A DNA stretch of 46,392 bases, taken from positions 1 to 46,392 of the forward strand of contig JANMLN010000099.1 of NCBI GenBank assembly GCA_031372565.1, in the 5' to 3' direction. This document shows positions 17,787-27,646 of the stretch, piece after piece. Origin of the DNA: Gemmatimonadota bacterium. GTDB lineage: Bacteria > Gemmatimonadota > Gemmatimonadetes > Gemmatimonadales > Gemmatimonadaceae. The notes under the pieces are model-generated. The model had not been told where the DNA came from, ran no database searches, and saw nothing but the letters and a program-made list of their open reading frames with translations. A program made the translations under genes and the position numbers. The number at the start of each line of letters is the position of its first letter. Position 1 is the first letter of the stretch.

Positions 17787-19598
17787 ATGACCGCTAACCC
17801 ATCCGCGTCCGGGCGGCGACTCAATCTGGTCATCGGCGGGCACGTCGATCATGGCAAGAGCACGATCATCGGACGCCTCCTGGCCGACACGGGATCGCTC
17901 CCCGATGGCAAGATCGAGGCGGTCCGGGCCCATTGTGCGCGCAACAGCAAACCGTTCGAGTACGCGTTCCTGCTCGACGCCCTCAAGGACGAGCAGGCGC
18001 AAGGGATCACGATCGACGCGGCGCGTGTGTTCTTCAAGACCGCGCAGCGACCGTACATCATCATCGATGCGCCCGGGCATATCGAGTTCCTGCGCAATCT
18101 CGTGACGGGTGCGGCGCGCGCCGAGGCCGCGCTCCTGGTCATCGATGCGAAGGAAGGCATCCAGGAGAATTCGCGCCGGCACGGGTACATGATGTCCATG
18201 CTCGGCATCAAGCAACTCGTGGTCCTCGTCAACAAGATGGACCTCGTTGGCTACGACGCCGCCGTCTTCCAGCGCTTGCAGGCCGAGTATCGCGCATTTC
18301 TCGCCCAGTTGAACGTGACGCCCGACGGCTTCATTCCGGTGAGTGGTCGCGAGGGTGACAACATCGCGCATCGCTCGCCGGCGATGCCGTGGTACACCGG
18401 CTCGACGGTGCTCGAGGCGCTCGATCAGTTCCGCGCGGAGGCGCCCGACACCGAGCAGCCATTCCGTCTGTCGGTACAGGACGTGTACAAGTTCACGCGG
18501 CAGGGCGACGATCGACGCATCGTCGCCGGCACCGTCGACAGCGGCCGTGTGCGCGTGGGGGACGCGGTCGTGTTCTACCCGTCGGGCAAGAAGTCGGTGG
18601 TCAAGTCCATCGAGGCATTCAACCGCGAGCAGCCGCTGTCCGCGGAGGCCGGTGAGGCGGCGGGCTTCACGCTCACTGAGCAGATCTACGTTGCGCGCGG
18701 CGAACTGGCGGCCGTGGCCCACGAACCACGGCCGCAGGTGACCACGCGCTTGCGCGCCTCGATCTTCTGGCTCGGCAAGCAACCGCTCGTCAAGCACAAG
18801 GACTACACGCTCAAGCTGGGGGCCGCACGCGTGCCGGCCCGCGTGGAGGAGATCCATCGCGTGCTCGATGCGTCGTCGCTCGATGTCGACGAGCGCAAGA
18901 CACGCGTGGACCGGCATGAAGTGGCGGAGGTGACGCTCAAGACGAGTCGCGCGATCGCGTTCGATCTGGCCGACGCGCAGGCGGCGACGAGCCGGTTCGT
19001 GCTGGTCGACGAGTACGAGATCCGCGGCGGTGGCATCGTGCGCGAGGCGCTGCCGGACACGATGTCGAGCGTTCGCGAAAGCGTCCTGCTGCGCAACTAC
19101 AAGTGGGAGCCCAGCAACATCTCGGAGGAGGCGCGTGCGGAGCGGTATCGCCAGCGCCCGACCTTGTTGCTCATGACCGGCGAAGCGAAGTCAGACCGCA
19201 AGGGGCTCGCAAAGGAAGTCGAACTGCGCCTCTTCGAGCTCGGCAACATCGTGTACTTCCTCGGCATCGGCAACGTGCTGTACGGCGTGGATGCCGACAT
19301 CGAACGCAGCACCGAACGTCGGCACGAACATCTGCGTCGGCTCGCGGAGGTCGCCAACCTGATGCTGGATGCCGGCGTGATCCTCATCGTCACGGCGGCG
19401 GAACTGACGCAAGCAGACGTCGAACTGATCAAGACCTCGGTCAATCCCGATCACATCGAAGTCGTATGGGTCGGCGACACGAAGTCCACCGATGTGGCGC
19501 ACGACCTGCAGATTGCCGATCCGGACGATCCGGCTGCGGTCAACGAGGTGAAGCGGCTGCTGCAGGAGAAGGGGATCATCTTCCGGCCGTGGGCATGA
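17787..19598 (+). CDS. cysN: Sulfate adenylyltransferase subunit 1 (GTPase) with a degenerate C-terminal APS-kinase-like domain
   Basis: Motifs [26 protein letters not shown] and NKMD, EF-Tu-like domains 2 and 3, and a C-terminal CysC-like segment. Adjacent to cysQ/cysC/cysD. Start MTANP at ATG 17787. Confidence 0.9.
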   Translation: MTANPSASGRRLNLVIGGHVDHGKSTIIGRLLADTGSLPDGKIEAVRAHCARNSKPFEYAFLLDALKDEQAQGITIDAARVFFKTAQRPYIIIDAPGHIEFLRNLVTGAARAEAALLVIDAKEGIQENSRRHGYMMSMLGIKQLVVLVNKMDLVGYDAAVFQRLQAEYRAFLAQLNVTPDGFIPVSGREGDNIAHRSPAMPWYTGSTVLEALDQFRAEAPDTEQPFRLSVQDVYKFTRQGDDRRIVAGTVDSGRVRVGDAVVFYPSGKKSVVKSIEAFNREQPLSAEAGEAAGFTLTEQIYVARGELAAVAHEPRPQVTTRLRASIFWLGKQPLVKHKDYTLKLGAARVPARVEEIHRVLDASSLDVDERKTRVDRHEVAEVTLKTSRAIAFDLADAQAATSRFVLVDEYEIRGGGIVREALPDTMSSVRESVLLRNYKWEPSNISEEARAERYRQRPTLLLMTGEAKSDRKGLAKEVELRLFELGNIVYFLGIGNVLYGVDADIERSTERRHEHLRRLAEVANLMLDAGVILIVTAAELTQADVELIKTSVNPDHIEVVWVGDTKSTDVAHDLQIADPDDPAAVNEVKRLLQEKGIIFRPWA

Positions 19599-20374
19599 CC
19601 GTGACGCCTGCACTCGTGAGTCGGGTCTCGCTCGAACGCCTGATGGTGCTCGCGCGGGAGGCGGGTGGCGCGGCCATGCGGCACTACGGTGCGCTGGACG
19701 TCGTGCTGTACAAGGCGGACGAGAGTCCCGTCACCATCGCCGATCAGGCGGCGCACGAAACCATCGTGCGAGGGCTTGCCGCATGGTGCCCGGAGGTTCC
19801 GGTGATTTCGGAAGAAGCGGAGAGTGCCCCGTACGAGGTACGCCGGCACTGGACGCAGTTCTGGCTGGTGGATCCACTCGACGGAACGAAGGAGTTCGTG
19901 TCGCAGAACGGCGAGTTCACGGTGAACATCGCGCTGGTGGAAGAGGGAGTGCCAGTGCTCGGCGTCGTCTATGCCCCGGCCATCGACGTGATGTACGCGG
20001 CTGGACGGGGACTTGGCAGCTGGGTGCATCGCGGCTCCGACGCTCCACTACGCCTCCTCGGTCCGTCGGCACCGGGTCGTGACGGGGTCATCGTCGTCGA
20101 GAGCCGCTCCCATCCATCCGCCGCACTCGAGCGATTCCTTGCCACGCTCCGTGTGGCATCGCGCGTGCAGGCCGGCAGCTCCCTCAAGTTCGGACTTGTC
20201 GCCGAGGGAAGTGCGCACTGCTATCCGCGGCTGGGTCCGACGATGGAGTGGGATGTCGCGGCGGGTGACTGCGTGTATCGACATGCCGTCGCCGAAGGCG
20301 AGCGCGGATCGCCGCTGGTGTACAACACGCCGTCGCTCCGGAACGAGGGCTTCGTCGTCGGGGTGACCGCATGA
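19595..20374 (+). CDS. cysQ: 3'(2'),5'-bisphosphate nucleotidase (PAP phosphatase)
   Basis: Motifs [41 protein letters not shown] and [19 protein letters not shown] overlap with cysN. Confidence 0.93.
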   Translation: MTVTPALVSRVSLERLMVLAREAGGAAMRHYGALDVVLYKADESPVTIADQAAHETIVRGLAAWCPEVPVISEEAESAPYEVRRHWTQFWLVDPLDGTKEFVSQNGEFTVNIALVEEGVPVLGVVYAPAIDVMYAAGRGLGSWVHRGSDAPLRLLGPSAPGRDGVIVVESRSHPSAALERFLATLRVASRVQAGSSLKFGLVAEGSAHCYPRLGPTMEWDVAAGDCVYRHAVAEGERGSPLVYNTPSLRNEGFVVGVTA

Positions 20375-21114
20375 GCACTGTGCGCGATACCCACACGCGG
20401 AGCATGGTCAAGGCCGTCAGTTGGCGCGTCCTCGGAACGATCGCAACGTCAGTGATCGTGTTCATCTTCACCCGGCGATGGGGGCTGTCGTTGTTCGTCG
20501 GTGCGATGGAGTTCGTGTCGAAGATCGGCCTCTTCTGGCTGCACGAACGGATCTGGGATCGTGTGCGCTTCGGGCGCGCCGAGCGTCAGCCGTCGGTCGT
20601 CTGGTTCACGGGACTGTCGGGTTCGGGCAAGAGCACGATCACGCACGAGGTGGTGAAGCAGCTGCAGGCGCTCGGGCACAAGGTGGAGCATCTCGACGGC
20701 GACAGCGTGCGCGCCATCTTTCCCACGACCGGCTTCACGCGGGCGGATCGTGACGCGCATGTCCGGCGTGTCGGCTTTCTCGCGAGTCGGCTGGAGCAGC
20801 ACGGCGTGATCGTGGTCGCGTCGTTCGTCTCGCCCTACGTGGATGCCCGGGACGCCGTGCGGGCGATGTGCCGGAGCTTCATCGAGGTGTACGTGAACAC
20901 GCCACTCGAGGTGTGCGAAGCGCGCGATGTGAAGGGATTGTACGCGAAGGCCCGGCGCGGCGAGATCGCCAACTTCACGGGCATCAGCGACCCCTACGAA
21001 GCACCGACGCAGGCCGAGCTGGTGGTGGACACCTCGAAGACGTCGGTGGACGAGGCAACCAAGCAGGTGCTCGCGCTCATCGAAGCGCGCTTTTCCGGAG
21101 CCAGACGGCCATGA
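20371..21114 (+). CDS. cysC: Adenylyl-sulfate (APS) kinase with N-terminal DUF2061 membrane domain
   Basis: N-terminal [14 protein letters not shown]...HERIWDRV (DUF2061 pattern), then [37 protein letters not shown] and [11 protein letters not shown]. Confidence 0.92.
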   Translation: MSTVRDTHTRSMVKAVSWRVLGTIATSVIVFIFTRRWGLSLFVGAMEFVSKIGLFWLHERIWDRVRFGRAERQPSVVWFTGLSGSGKSTITHEVVKQLQALGHKVEHLDGDSVRAIFPTTGFTRADRDAHVRRVGFLASRLEQHGVIVVASFVSPYVDARDAVRAMCRSFIEVYVNTPLEVCEARDVKGLYAKARRGEIANFTGISDPYEAPTQAELVVDTSKTSVDEATKQVLALIEARFSGARRP

Positions 21115-21995
21115 GCGATCATCTCGACCAGCTTGAACACCGCAGTGTGCACATCTTCCGCGAAGCGTACGCGAACTTCAAGCAGCTGTGCATGCTCTGG
21201 TCCATCGGCAAGGACAGTACGGTGCTGTTGTGGCTCGCGCGCAAGGCGTTCTTCGGTCACGCACCATTTCCGCTGGTGCACATCGACACGTCGTACAAGC
21301 TGCCGGAGATGATCCAGTACCGGACCAGGCTGGCGATGGAATGGAAGCTGACCATGATCGTCGGGCAGAACACGCAGGCCCTCGAAGCGAAGCAGACATT
21401 CCCCGACGGCACGATCGATCGTATCGCATGCTGCGGACTGCTGAAGACGCAGGCGCTCAAGGACACGCTGGCAGGAACCGGGGTGCGTCGGCGGCTGAAT
21501 CTGGGCACCGGCGAGTACGAGATCGACCCGAACACGGAGCCCTTCACGGGCGTGATCGCGGGTGCGCGGGCCGACGAAGAAGGGAGCCGATCGAAGGAGC
21601 GGTACTTCTCGCCACGCACGCAGAGCAGCGCGTGGGACGTAGGCGAGCAACCGCCGGAGTTCTGGAATCAGTACAAGACGGAGTTCGCGCCCGGCACGCA
21701 CGTGCGCATTCATCCATTGCTCGATTGGACGGAACTCAACATCTGGGAGTACATCGAACGGGAGCGGATTCCGACGGTGTCCCTCTACTACGATCAGGGC
21801 AACGGCACCCGCTATCGCTCGCTCGGATGCGGACCGTGCACACTGCCGGTGGCGTCCGACTCGCGCAACCCGGCCGACATCATCCACGAACTGCGCAGCG
21901 GTCGTTTTGCGAAGGTCGCCGAGCGCGCCGGTCGTGCACAGGACAAGGAAGACGGCGGTGGCCTCGAGACGCTGCGTCGCGACGGGTACATGTAG
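21111..21995 (+). CDS. cysD: Sulfate adenylyltransferase subunit 2
   Basis: Motifs [60 protein letters not shown] and RRDGYM. ATGA overlap with cysC. Confidence 0.94.
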   Translation: MSDHLDQLEHRSVHIFREAYANFKQLCMLWSIGKDSTVLLWLARKAFFGHAPFPLVHIDTSYKLPEMIQYRTRLAMEWKLTMIVGQNTQALEAKQTFPDGTIDRIACCGLLKTQALKDTLAGTGVRRRLNLGTGEYEIDPNTEPFTGVIAGARADEEGSRSKERYFSPRTQSSAWDVGEQPPEFWNQYKTEFAPGTHVRIHPLLDWTELNIWEYIERERIPTVSLYYDQGNGTRYRSLGCGPCTLPVASDSRNPADIIHELRSGRFAKVAERAGRAQDKEDGGGLETLRRDGYM

Positions 21996-22004
21996 GCGCC
22001 GCAA

Positions 22005-22045
22005 CAACGCGGCTGACGCGGCCCTGCATCCGGCGTCACGCGTTG
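22005..22045. terminator. Stem-loop between convergent cysD and DUF4184 genes
   Basis: Inverted repeats caacgcg/cgcgttg and tgacgc/gcgtca. No U-tract on either strand. Confidence 0.4.
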
Positions 22046-22049
22046 CCGC

Positions 22050-22814
22050 TCACTCCCTGGGACGTGCGGACACGCGGGACAGTGTCGAGTAGAGCGTCAG
22101 CGCGATACAGAATCCGGTCATGCCGCCGACGGCGAAGCGGCCGAGGACGAGGACCGTGCGCGTGGTGGCGGCTGAATCGAACATGAGTCCCTGCTGCGTC
22201 GTGTTCCAGCTGGCGCAGAGCGTCGCGAAGAGCACGAGCAAGAGCCACGTCCGGCGGCGCCGTGCATCGGTGAGCACGCGCGGCCACGCGTGCGCGCGCT
22301 GGAGGAGGTGCCACAACCAGCTGAGGACGACCGCGCCACCAACGAGGCTGCTCAGCACCTGCCACACATCGTACCAAGGGACGCGCATGCCGCCGAGCGT
22401 GAACGCCGTGTTGTTGAGCGCCGGCATGAGGACCGGCCCCCATGTGTCACGATGGGTGAACGCGTCCCACACGACGTGCGTCGCGCCACCGATCACCACG
22501 GCGGCCGCGGCGCGTACCGCCCATCCCCATGTGAGTCGGGGCCTCGGTCCGGGTGTCGGCAGCGCGAAGAGGGCGCGCGTCGGGTTGCCCAGGAGCAGCG
22601 TCCAGAGCGCAAGTGCCACGAGTCCGGCCGGCAGGCAAAAGAGGACGAGGCCGTACCACGCGTGACTGATCAGCGCGATCGGCTCGAGGCGGAACAGGTA
22701 CTCGAAATCGGGGGACAGCGTGCCGATGACAAACGCTTCGAACGGCAACCGGTCGGGGCCGATGAGGCGACGCAACGGCAGCACGGTGGCGGGATGCGCG
22801 AGCGTGAATGGCAC
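22050..22814 (-). CDS. DUF4184-family membrane protein (metal-dependent hydrolase-like)
   Basis: N-terminal MPFTLAHPA, IGTLSPDFEY and THVVWDAFTH motifs. Confidence 0.85.
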   Translation of the reverse strand: MPFTLAHPATVLPLRRLIGPDRLPFEAFVIGTLSPDFEYLFRLEPIALISHAWYGLVLFCLPAGLVALALWTLLLGNPTRALFALPTPGPRPRLTWGWAVRAAAAVVIGGATHVVWDAFTHRDTWGPVLMPALNNTAFTLGGMRVPWYDVWQVLSSLVGGAVVLSWLWHLLQRAHAWPRVLTDARRRRTWLLLVLFATLCASWNTTQQGLMFDSAATTRTVLVLGRFAVGGMTGFCIALTLYSTLSRVSARPRE

Positions 22815-22873
22815 GGGATGTCAGCGCTGCACTGTCGGTCCGGCGACGTCAACGAGGCGACGGGTCGCGGACC

Positions 22874-23785
22874 TCAACGGACGCGAGACAGGGCGTCCCC
22901 CGCGCCCGTCCAGTAGCCCACGACTTCGCCAAGCCCCCACGACACCACGAACGCACTGATGAAGGGCATGGTGGCGAGGATGCGCCCCATGGGCACGCGC
23001 TTGACCGTCAGACTCTTCGCAATACGGAACAAGAGCAGCGGCGGCAGGACAAACGCCGCCGCGCCGGAAGCGAGGCGCTTCAGCATGGACGCGTTGCGCA
23101 TGCGGGCGCCGGCGTACGAGCGCGAGTAGAGAAAGCGCTGGCCGAGGTATTCGAAGAAGCCGAAGTGCTTCTTGTGGCCGACCAGCAGCTCCGCCTTGCA
23201 GATGAGGTGTACGCCCTCGGCCCGCATGGCGTCATGGAGGCGATTCTCCCACGCGCCTTCCGCCGTCACGGACAGAAAGCGATCCAGCACCGACTTGCGG
23301 TAGACGATGTTGTTGCCGGGGAGCCACGCCGCATCCCCTTCAGGCAATGGCGGAAGACAGGCGCTGTACTCGCAGAGGAACGTGGCCCAATCCAGGAGCC
23401 GTTCGGTCGCCGCGTTGGCGATCGGACCGCCCACGACGTCGTGTCCCTCGGCAAGTGACGCGAGCAGACGCGCCCCCCACTCCGGCGGCACGATGACGTG
23501 GTCCTCGATCACCGCGATGGCGTCCGAGCGTGCCATGCGAAAGGCCCGATCACGGATCTGCGGAATGGTCGTGTTCCGCGGCACCGAATGCAGCGTGACC
23601 CAGGGAAACCGACGTCGAACCGTCTCGGCCACATCGCCCCCCAGCCGGTCGACCACCAGCACTTCCAGCGGGACGCGTGCGCGAACGAGCTCCAGCGCCT
23701 CGCAGCAGGGCACGAGATCGTGCAGCCCGTTCACCGACGGTACCACGATGGTCAGGAGCGGCTGGCTCGAATGGGCGTGAGTCAC
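22874..23785 (-). CDS. GT2-like glycosyltransferase with C-terminal TM segments
   Basis: Motifs LLTIVVPS, LEVLVVD, AIAVIEDHVIV, VVGGPI and GNNIVYRK, with a hydrophobic C-terminus. Start placed at GTG 23785. Confidence 0.75.
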   Translation of the reverse strand: MTHAHSSQPLLTIVVPSVNGLHDLVPCCEALELVRARVPLEVLVVDRLGGDVAETVRRRFPWVTLHSVPRNTTIPQIRDRAFRMARSDAIAVIEDHVIVPPEWGARLLASLAEGHDVVGGPIANAATERLLDWATFLCEYSACLPPLPEGDAAWLPGNNIVYRKSVLDRFLSVTAEGAWENRLHDAMRAEGVHLICKAELLVGHKKHFGFFEYLGQRFLYSRSYAGARMRNASMLKRLASGAAAFVLPPLLLFRIAKSLTVKRVPMGRILATMPFISAFVVSWGLGEVVGYWTGAGDALSRVR

Positions 23786-23846
23786 GGATCGTCGGAGCGG
23801 GTGAGGGAAGACGGACGCAGCGTTGTCGTGCCGATGCGTGACGCAC

Positions 23847-25256
23847 TCACGGCGAGAACACCGGCAGCGCGCCGCGCCGCAGGCGAATGATACCGACCGC
23901 AAGGAGCGCACCGGCATACGCGACCGCACCGACGGGAATGCTCACGAACACGGAGCGGTCGGCCACGACGTACACACACGCGCCCATGATCGTCGCCGCA
24001 ACGGCAGTCCGCGCGAGCCGCCGCAACGGCGTCATGGCCAAGCCCAATTGCGCAGAGTAGCGGAGCGCGAGCACCGTGCGCACCGCCTCCGTGGCGAGTG
24101 TGGCCAGCGCGGCACCTGCCAGGCCCCAGGGCGGAATGAGCAGCACGTTCAATATCACGTTCGCACCGGCCGCCCATGCTGCCGTGCGCAGCATCAGGTC
24201 GGGGCGCTGGTTGGCCAGCAGCACCGCCTGCGCCACGTTGCGCAGCAAGGCCACCGGGATGACGAGCAACAGCAGTTGCAGCGGTTGGACACTGGATGCA
24301 TATCCCGCGCCGTAGATGAGCGCCATCAACGGCCCCGCCACCAGCACCCCACCGATCGTCACGGGGAGTCCGCCCGCCATCACCTGCGCCATGGCGGTAT
24401 CGAACAGCGCCCGCGCAGCGGAGGCATCGGTGCGCACGCGCGTGATGCTCGGGATCAGGCTCATGGTGTACGCCACGCCGAGATTCTGCGCGAAGCTGAT
24501 CAGCGTGTACGCTGCGGCGTAGTAGCCCACCGCGTCGCTTCCCTTCATCACGCGCAGGAACAGGAAGTCACTGTTGAAGATCGCGAGCCCCAGCAACCCG
24601 TGCAGCACCAGCGTCCACGACCGGCGCAGCAGCGGGGCGATCACCCCCGCTCGAAGCTCGATGCGGAAGCGGCGCACGGCCGGCGGCAGGGTGCGAAACA
24701 GGAAGAGCGCCCCCAGCGTCTCGCCGATGACCTGCGCCATCGGTACGCGCAGCAGGTTGTCCGGCGTATGCACGAACAGCAGCACGCACGTCGCCGCGGT
24801 CACCTCGTTGAGCACCCGCGCCCAGGACGCACTGGCTGCTTGCTCGAGACCCAGATGCACCCATCGCGTGCCCAGCGCGACGGTGAGCAGGGTGACGGAG
24901 AACACCGCCAGCACCGGGCCGTCCGGCTTCGGAAGCCAGAACAGCGCGGACGGTACGGTGAGTGCGATCAAGATCACGCTGACCAGCAGTCGGGCGCCCA
25001 GAATCGGCGGCAGCGTCGTGCGCAACGCGTCCGGATGCTCGGCGACCTCGCGCACCCCCAACATGTCGATGCCCAGGTCGGCCACGAACGCGAGATAGAG
25101 CATCACCGTGGTGGCGGCCGCGACGACGCCGTAGACCGAGGCGCCGAGCGTGCGTGCCACATACACGCTGGCCACGAACGCCAGCAGCCGCGAGGCGGTC
25201 TCGCCAACAGCCAGCGTGACAAAACGACGCCCGACAGACGACCCGCCGGTGCTCAT
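23847..25256 (-). CDS. wzx: Wzx-like polysaccharide flippase (MOP superfamily)
   Basis: Motifs VARTLGASVYG, ADLGID, FNSDFLFL, AVGYYAAAY and LNVLLIPPWGLAGAALAT, with about 12-14 TM segments. Confidence 0.88.
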   Translation of the reverse strand: MSTGGSSVGRRFVTLAVGETASRLLAFVASVYVARTLGASVYGVVAAATTVMLYLAFVADLGIDMLGVREVAEHPDALRTTLPPILGARLLVSVILIALTVPSALFWLPKPDGPVLAVFSVTLLTVALGTRWVHLGLEQAASASWARVLNEVTAATCVLLFVHTPDNLLRVPMAQVIGETLGALFLFRTLPPAVRRFRIELRAGVIAPLLRRSWTLVLHGLLGLAIFNSDFLFLRVMKGSDAVGYYAAAYTLISFAQNLGVAYTMSLIPSITRVRTDASAARALFDTAMAQVMAGGLPVTIGGVLVAGPLMALIYGAGYASSVQPLQLLLLVIPVALLRNVAQAVLLANQRPDLMLRTAAWAAGANVILNVLLIPPWGLAGAALATLATEAVRTVLALRYSAQLGLAMTPLRRLARTAVAATIMGACVYVVADRSVFVSIPVGAVAYAGALLAVGIIRLRRGALPVFSP

Positions 25257-25270
25257 GAGCGTTCGCCCAT

Positions 25271-26227
25271 CTACGCGCGTGGGCTCAGCATCCCCGACAC
25301 TTCACCGAGGGTCCACGCCACGAGATACAGCAGCACCATCGGTGAGGCGAGGAGGAAACGCACCGCATTCCCCTTGGCCGCATGCGCGCGCGCGTGCCGC
25401 AGGAGCACCGTGAACGGAATCAGCGGGCCGGCGGCCCCCAGCAGCAACCGCTTGCCGAGGCCCAGGTGGCGCGCGCGGATTGCACCGAACAGGCGACCCC
25501 AGTGGTAGCGCTCGTGCAGCAGCTGTCCCAGTGGCACCCATCCGCGATGATGCTCCACCACCAGCTCGTCCGAGAGGTAGAGCGTGTCGCCCTGCTGCTG
25601 CAGGGACCAGTGGACCACCGGCTCCTGATACCGCTCGCGCCAGAGCGCGCGCGTCTGCTCGAGTGCGCGGCGCTTGTACACCACGTTCACGTCGCTCACC
25701 CAGTCGCGCGGGCCGCTGTCGAAGGGCGACGTGTACCGGGTGAAATCGCACACATGCACGGCCCATCCTGCCAGGCTGGTCGGCAACGGGTCGATCGCCC
25801 CGCCAATCACGCCATGCGGCAGCGCGCGGTGCAGGCGGACCGCCGTGCGGGCCCAGTCCTGCCGGGGCGCGCCGCGGTCCTCGACAATCGCGATCAGGTC
25901 GCCGGTGGCTGCGGCCAGTCCTGCCGCACGCCGACGGTCAAACAGCTCGTGCTCGCCGCCAGCCGACGTGATCGGCTGCTCCGTCGCCACGACACCCAGC
26001 GGCATGAAGCGCACGGTCGGAAACTCCGCGCTGAGTGCGACATGCGGTGCCGCGCTGGTGTCGTACGGGACCAGAATCTCCATCGGTGGTCCGTCGACCT
26101 GCGTGGTCAGCGCCGTCAGGAGCCGACGCACGGCCTCGCCGCCCTCGACAATCGTCACGATCACCGACAACAACGGATCCGCCTCTGTGCGCGTGCTCGA
26201 GCGTGTCGACTGCTGGTCCACCATCAC
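25271..26227 (-). CDS. GT2-like glycosyltransferase (paralog of 22874-23785)
   Basis: Motifs LLSVIVTI, RRAAGLAAATGDLIAIVEDR, VIGGAID and NVVYKRRAL, with a hydrophobic C-terminus ending WTLGEVSG. GTGA overlap with the upstream stop. Confidence 0.75.
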   Translation of the reverse strand: MMVDQQSTRSSTRTEADPLLSVIVTIVEGGEAVRRLLTALTTQVDGPPMEILVPYDTSAAPHVALSAEFPTVRFMPLGVVATEQPITSAGGEHELFDRRRAAGLAAATGDLIAIVEDRGAPRQDWARTAVRLHRALPHGVIGGAIDPLPTSLAGWAVHVCDFTRYTSPFDSGPRDWVSDVNVVYKRRALEQTRALWRERYQEPVVHWSLQQQGDTLYLSDELVVEHHRGWVPLGQLLHERYHWGRLFGAIRARHLGLGKRLLLGAAGPLIPFTVLLRHARAHAAKGNAVRFLLASPMVLLYLVAWTLGEVSGMLSPRA

Positions 26228-27285
26228 GCCCACATGGAGCCGAGCGGGGCGAGATGCACCGCTTCGCGGGTCGCGGAGCTGCGACGGACCGCGTCTGCCA
26301 TCTGCAACGCGCGTAGCCCGGCGTAGCCGTCTGCCAGCGCGCCGCTCGGCCGGCCGGCAATGCGGGCCAGGAAGTCGGCCAACTCGCCATCAAACGTCAA
26401 CCGGGTGGTGCTCGTCCACGACTTGAGCTTCTCGCGCACCATGACGTCGAGGTAACGCCGACGCTCGGTCGTGCGGGGGGCGCCCGGCTTGCTGTGCGTG
26501 ATCAGGACGTTGGACATCGGGGCGTAGGAGCCGCGCACCATGCCCAACGGCCCGTACACCTCGATGGCCGCCTGATAGCCCTTCCACTCGGTCCAGGTCG
26601 CCTCGTACGTGGCGGCAATGCCGGCCGCATTGCGGAACACCGCCACGGCGTTGTCCTCGGAGCCGGGGACGTTCCAGACCGATTCCGACATCATCCCGTA
26701 CACGTCCGTGATCTCACCGAGGAAGTAGCGCGCCAGGTCGGACATGTGAATGCCGACGTCCATCATCGCGCCGCCACCGGAGACCGGCGCACGATACTGC
26801 CAGTCGGCGCGGAAATTGGCGAGACCGTCATGGCCGCCGAAAATGCGCACATGGTCGATCGGTCCGATGCGTCCGGCGTCAACCACGTCGCGCACGTACT
26901 GCATGGCGGGGTAATAACGCAGGTTGAAGCCGACGGCGAGAATGCGGTTGGCCCGCTGCGCCGCCTCGATGATGCGCTCGCACGAGGCGATGGTGTTGGA
27001 CAACGGCTTCTCGCAGAGCACATGCAACCCACGGTCGAACGCCGCCACGCATTGCGACTCGTGCAGCTGAATCGGCGACGAGATCACGACCGCGTCCATC
27101 GGCACGCGCAGGAACGCCTCCATGTCTGGCGTGGCGACGGCGCTGCTCCCCTTGACAGCGTTCGCCGCTGCCGCGGGCGACACGTCGCACACCGCCACCA
27201 GCTCGGTACCCGGGCCTTCGCGGATACTGTCGGCGCGCAGGCGGCCGATCGTGCCCGCACCCACCACGCCCAGTCTCATCGCCAT
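26224..27285 (-). CDS. Gfo/Idh/MocA family NAD(P)-dependent oxidoreductase (probable nucleotide-sugar dehydrogenase)
   Basis: Rossmann motif LGVVGAGTIG, then HVLCEKP, VGFNLRY and GGGAMMDVGIHMSD. Start MAMRLG at 27285. Confidence 0.9.
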   Translation of the reverse strand: MAMRLGVVGAGTIGRLRADSIREGPGTELVAVCDVSPAAAANAVKGSSAVATPDMEAFLRVPMDAVVISSPIQLHESQCVAAFDRGLHVLCEKPLSNTIASCERIIEAAQRANRILAVGFNLRYYPAMQYVRDVVDAGRIGPIDHVRIFGGHDGLANFRADWQYRAPVSGGGAMMDVGIHMSDLARYFLGEITDVYGMMSESVWNVPGSEDNAVAVFRNAAGIAATYEATWTEWKGYQAAIEVYGPLGMVRGSYAPMSNVLITHSKPGAPRTTERRRYLDVMVREKLKSWTSTTRLTFDGELADFLARIAGRPSGALADGYAGLRALQMADAVRRSSATREAVHLAPLGSMWA

Positions 27286-27564
27286 GGGAGAACCTCTGTG
27301 CGCCAACCTCGGCTGCGAAAAAGTGTCAGTCGTGTTGCCGTGGGCGCTGTTGGTCAGCGCTCGGCGGCGGGGCAACCGCGGACGGACGCGGTGGTGAACG
27401 CAATATGCAGAATACTATCGGTGTTCATGGGACACCGCTGGATGGTCTCACGCTGCGATGGGACGAGATGGAGCGTCGCGGCGCGGGGTGGCCCGCCTGG
27501 ACGTCTGGACGCACGATCGCGAGAGGCGCCGACCTCCGATCGTCGCCCGGTCATCCCCAATGCG

Positions 27565-27610
27565 CAGAGGGCACCGGCGCTTCTCAGCGCCAGTGCCCTC
27601 TGTCTTTTCA
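27565..27610 (-). terminator. Strong stem-loop downstream of the PEP-CTERM gene (possibly bidirectional)
   Basis: On the minus strand, CAGAGGGCACTGGCGCT-GAGA-AGCGCCGGTGCCCTCTG forms a 17-bp stem (one G-U pair) with a GNRA loop. The T-tract (tcttttca) lies on the plus-strand side. Confidence 0.65.
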
Positions 27611-27646
27611 TCCGCCTGGCCGAACGGAGGCCGGTCGGCCTGACCA

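Noticed and set aside
17787..19598. Translation factor (EF-Tu/SelB) call from GHVDHGKST
   Set aside because: EQAQGITID, the YAFLLD context, the CysC-like tail and the cysQ/cysC/cysD neighbours identify it as CysN.
23823..25508. 561-aa plus-strand ORF
   Set aside because: Antisense shadow of the wzx flippase.
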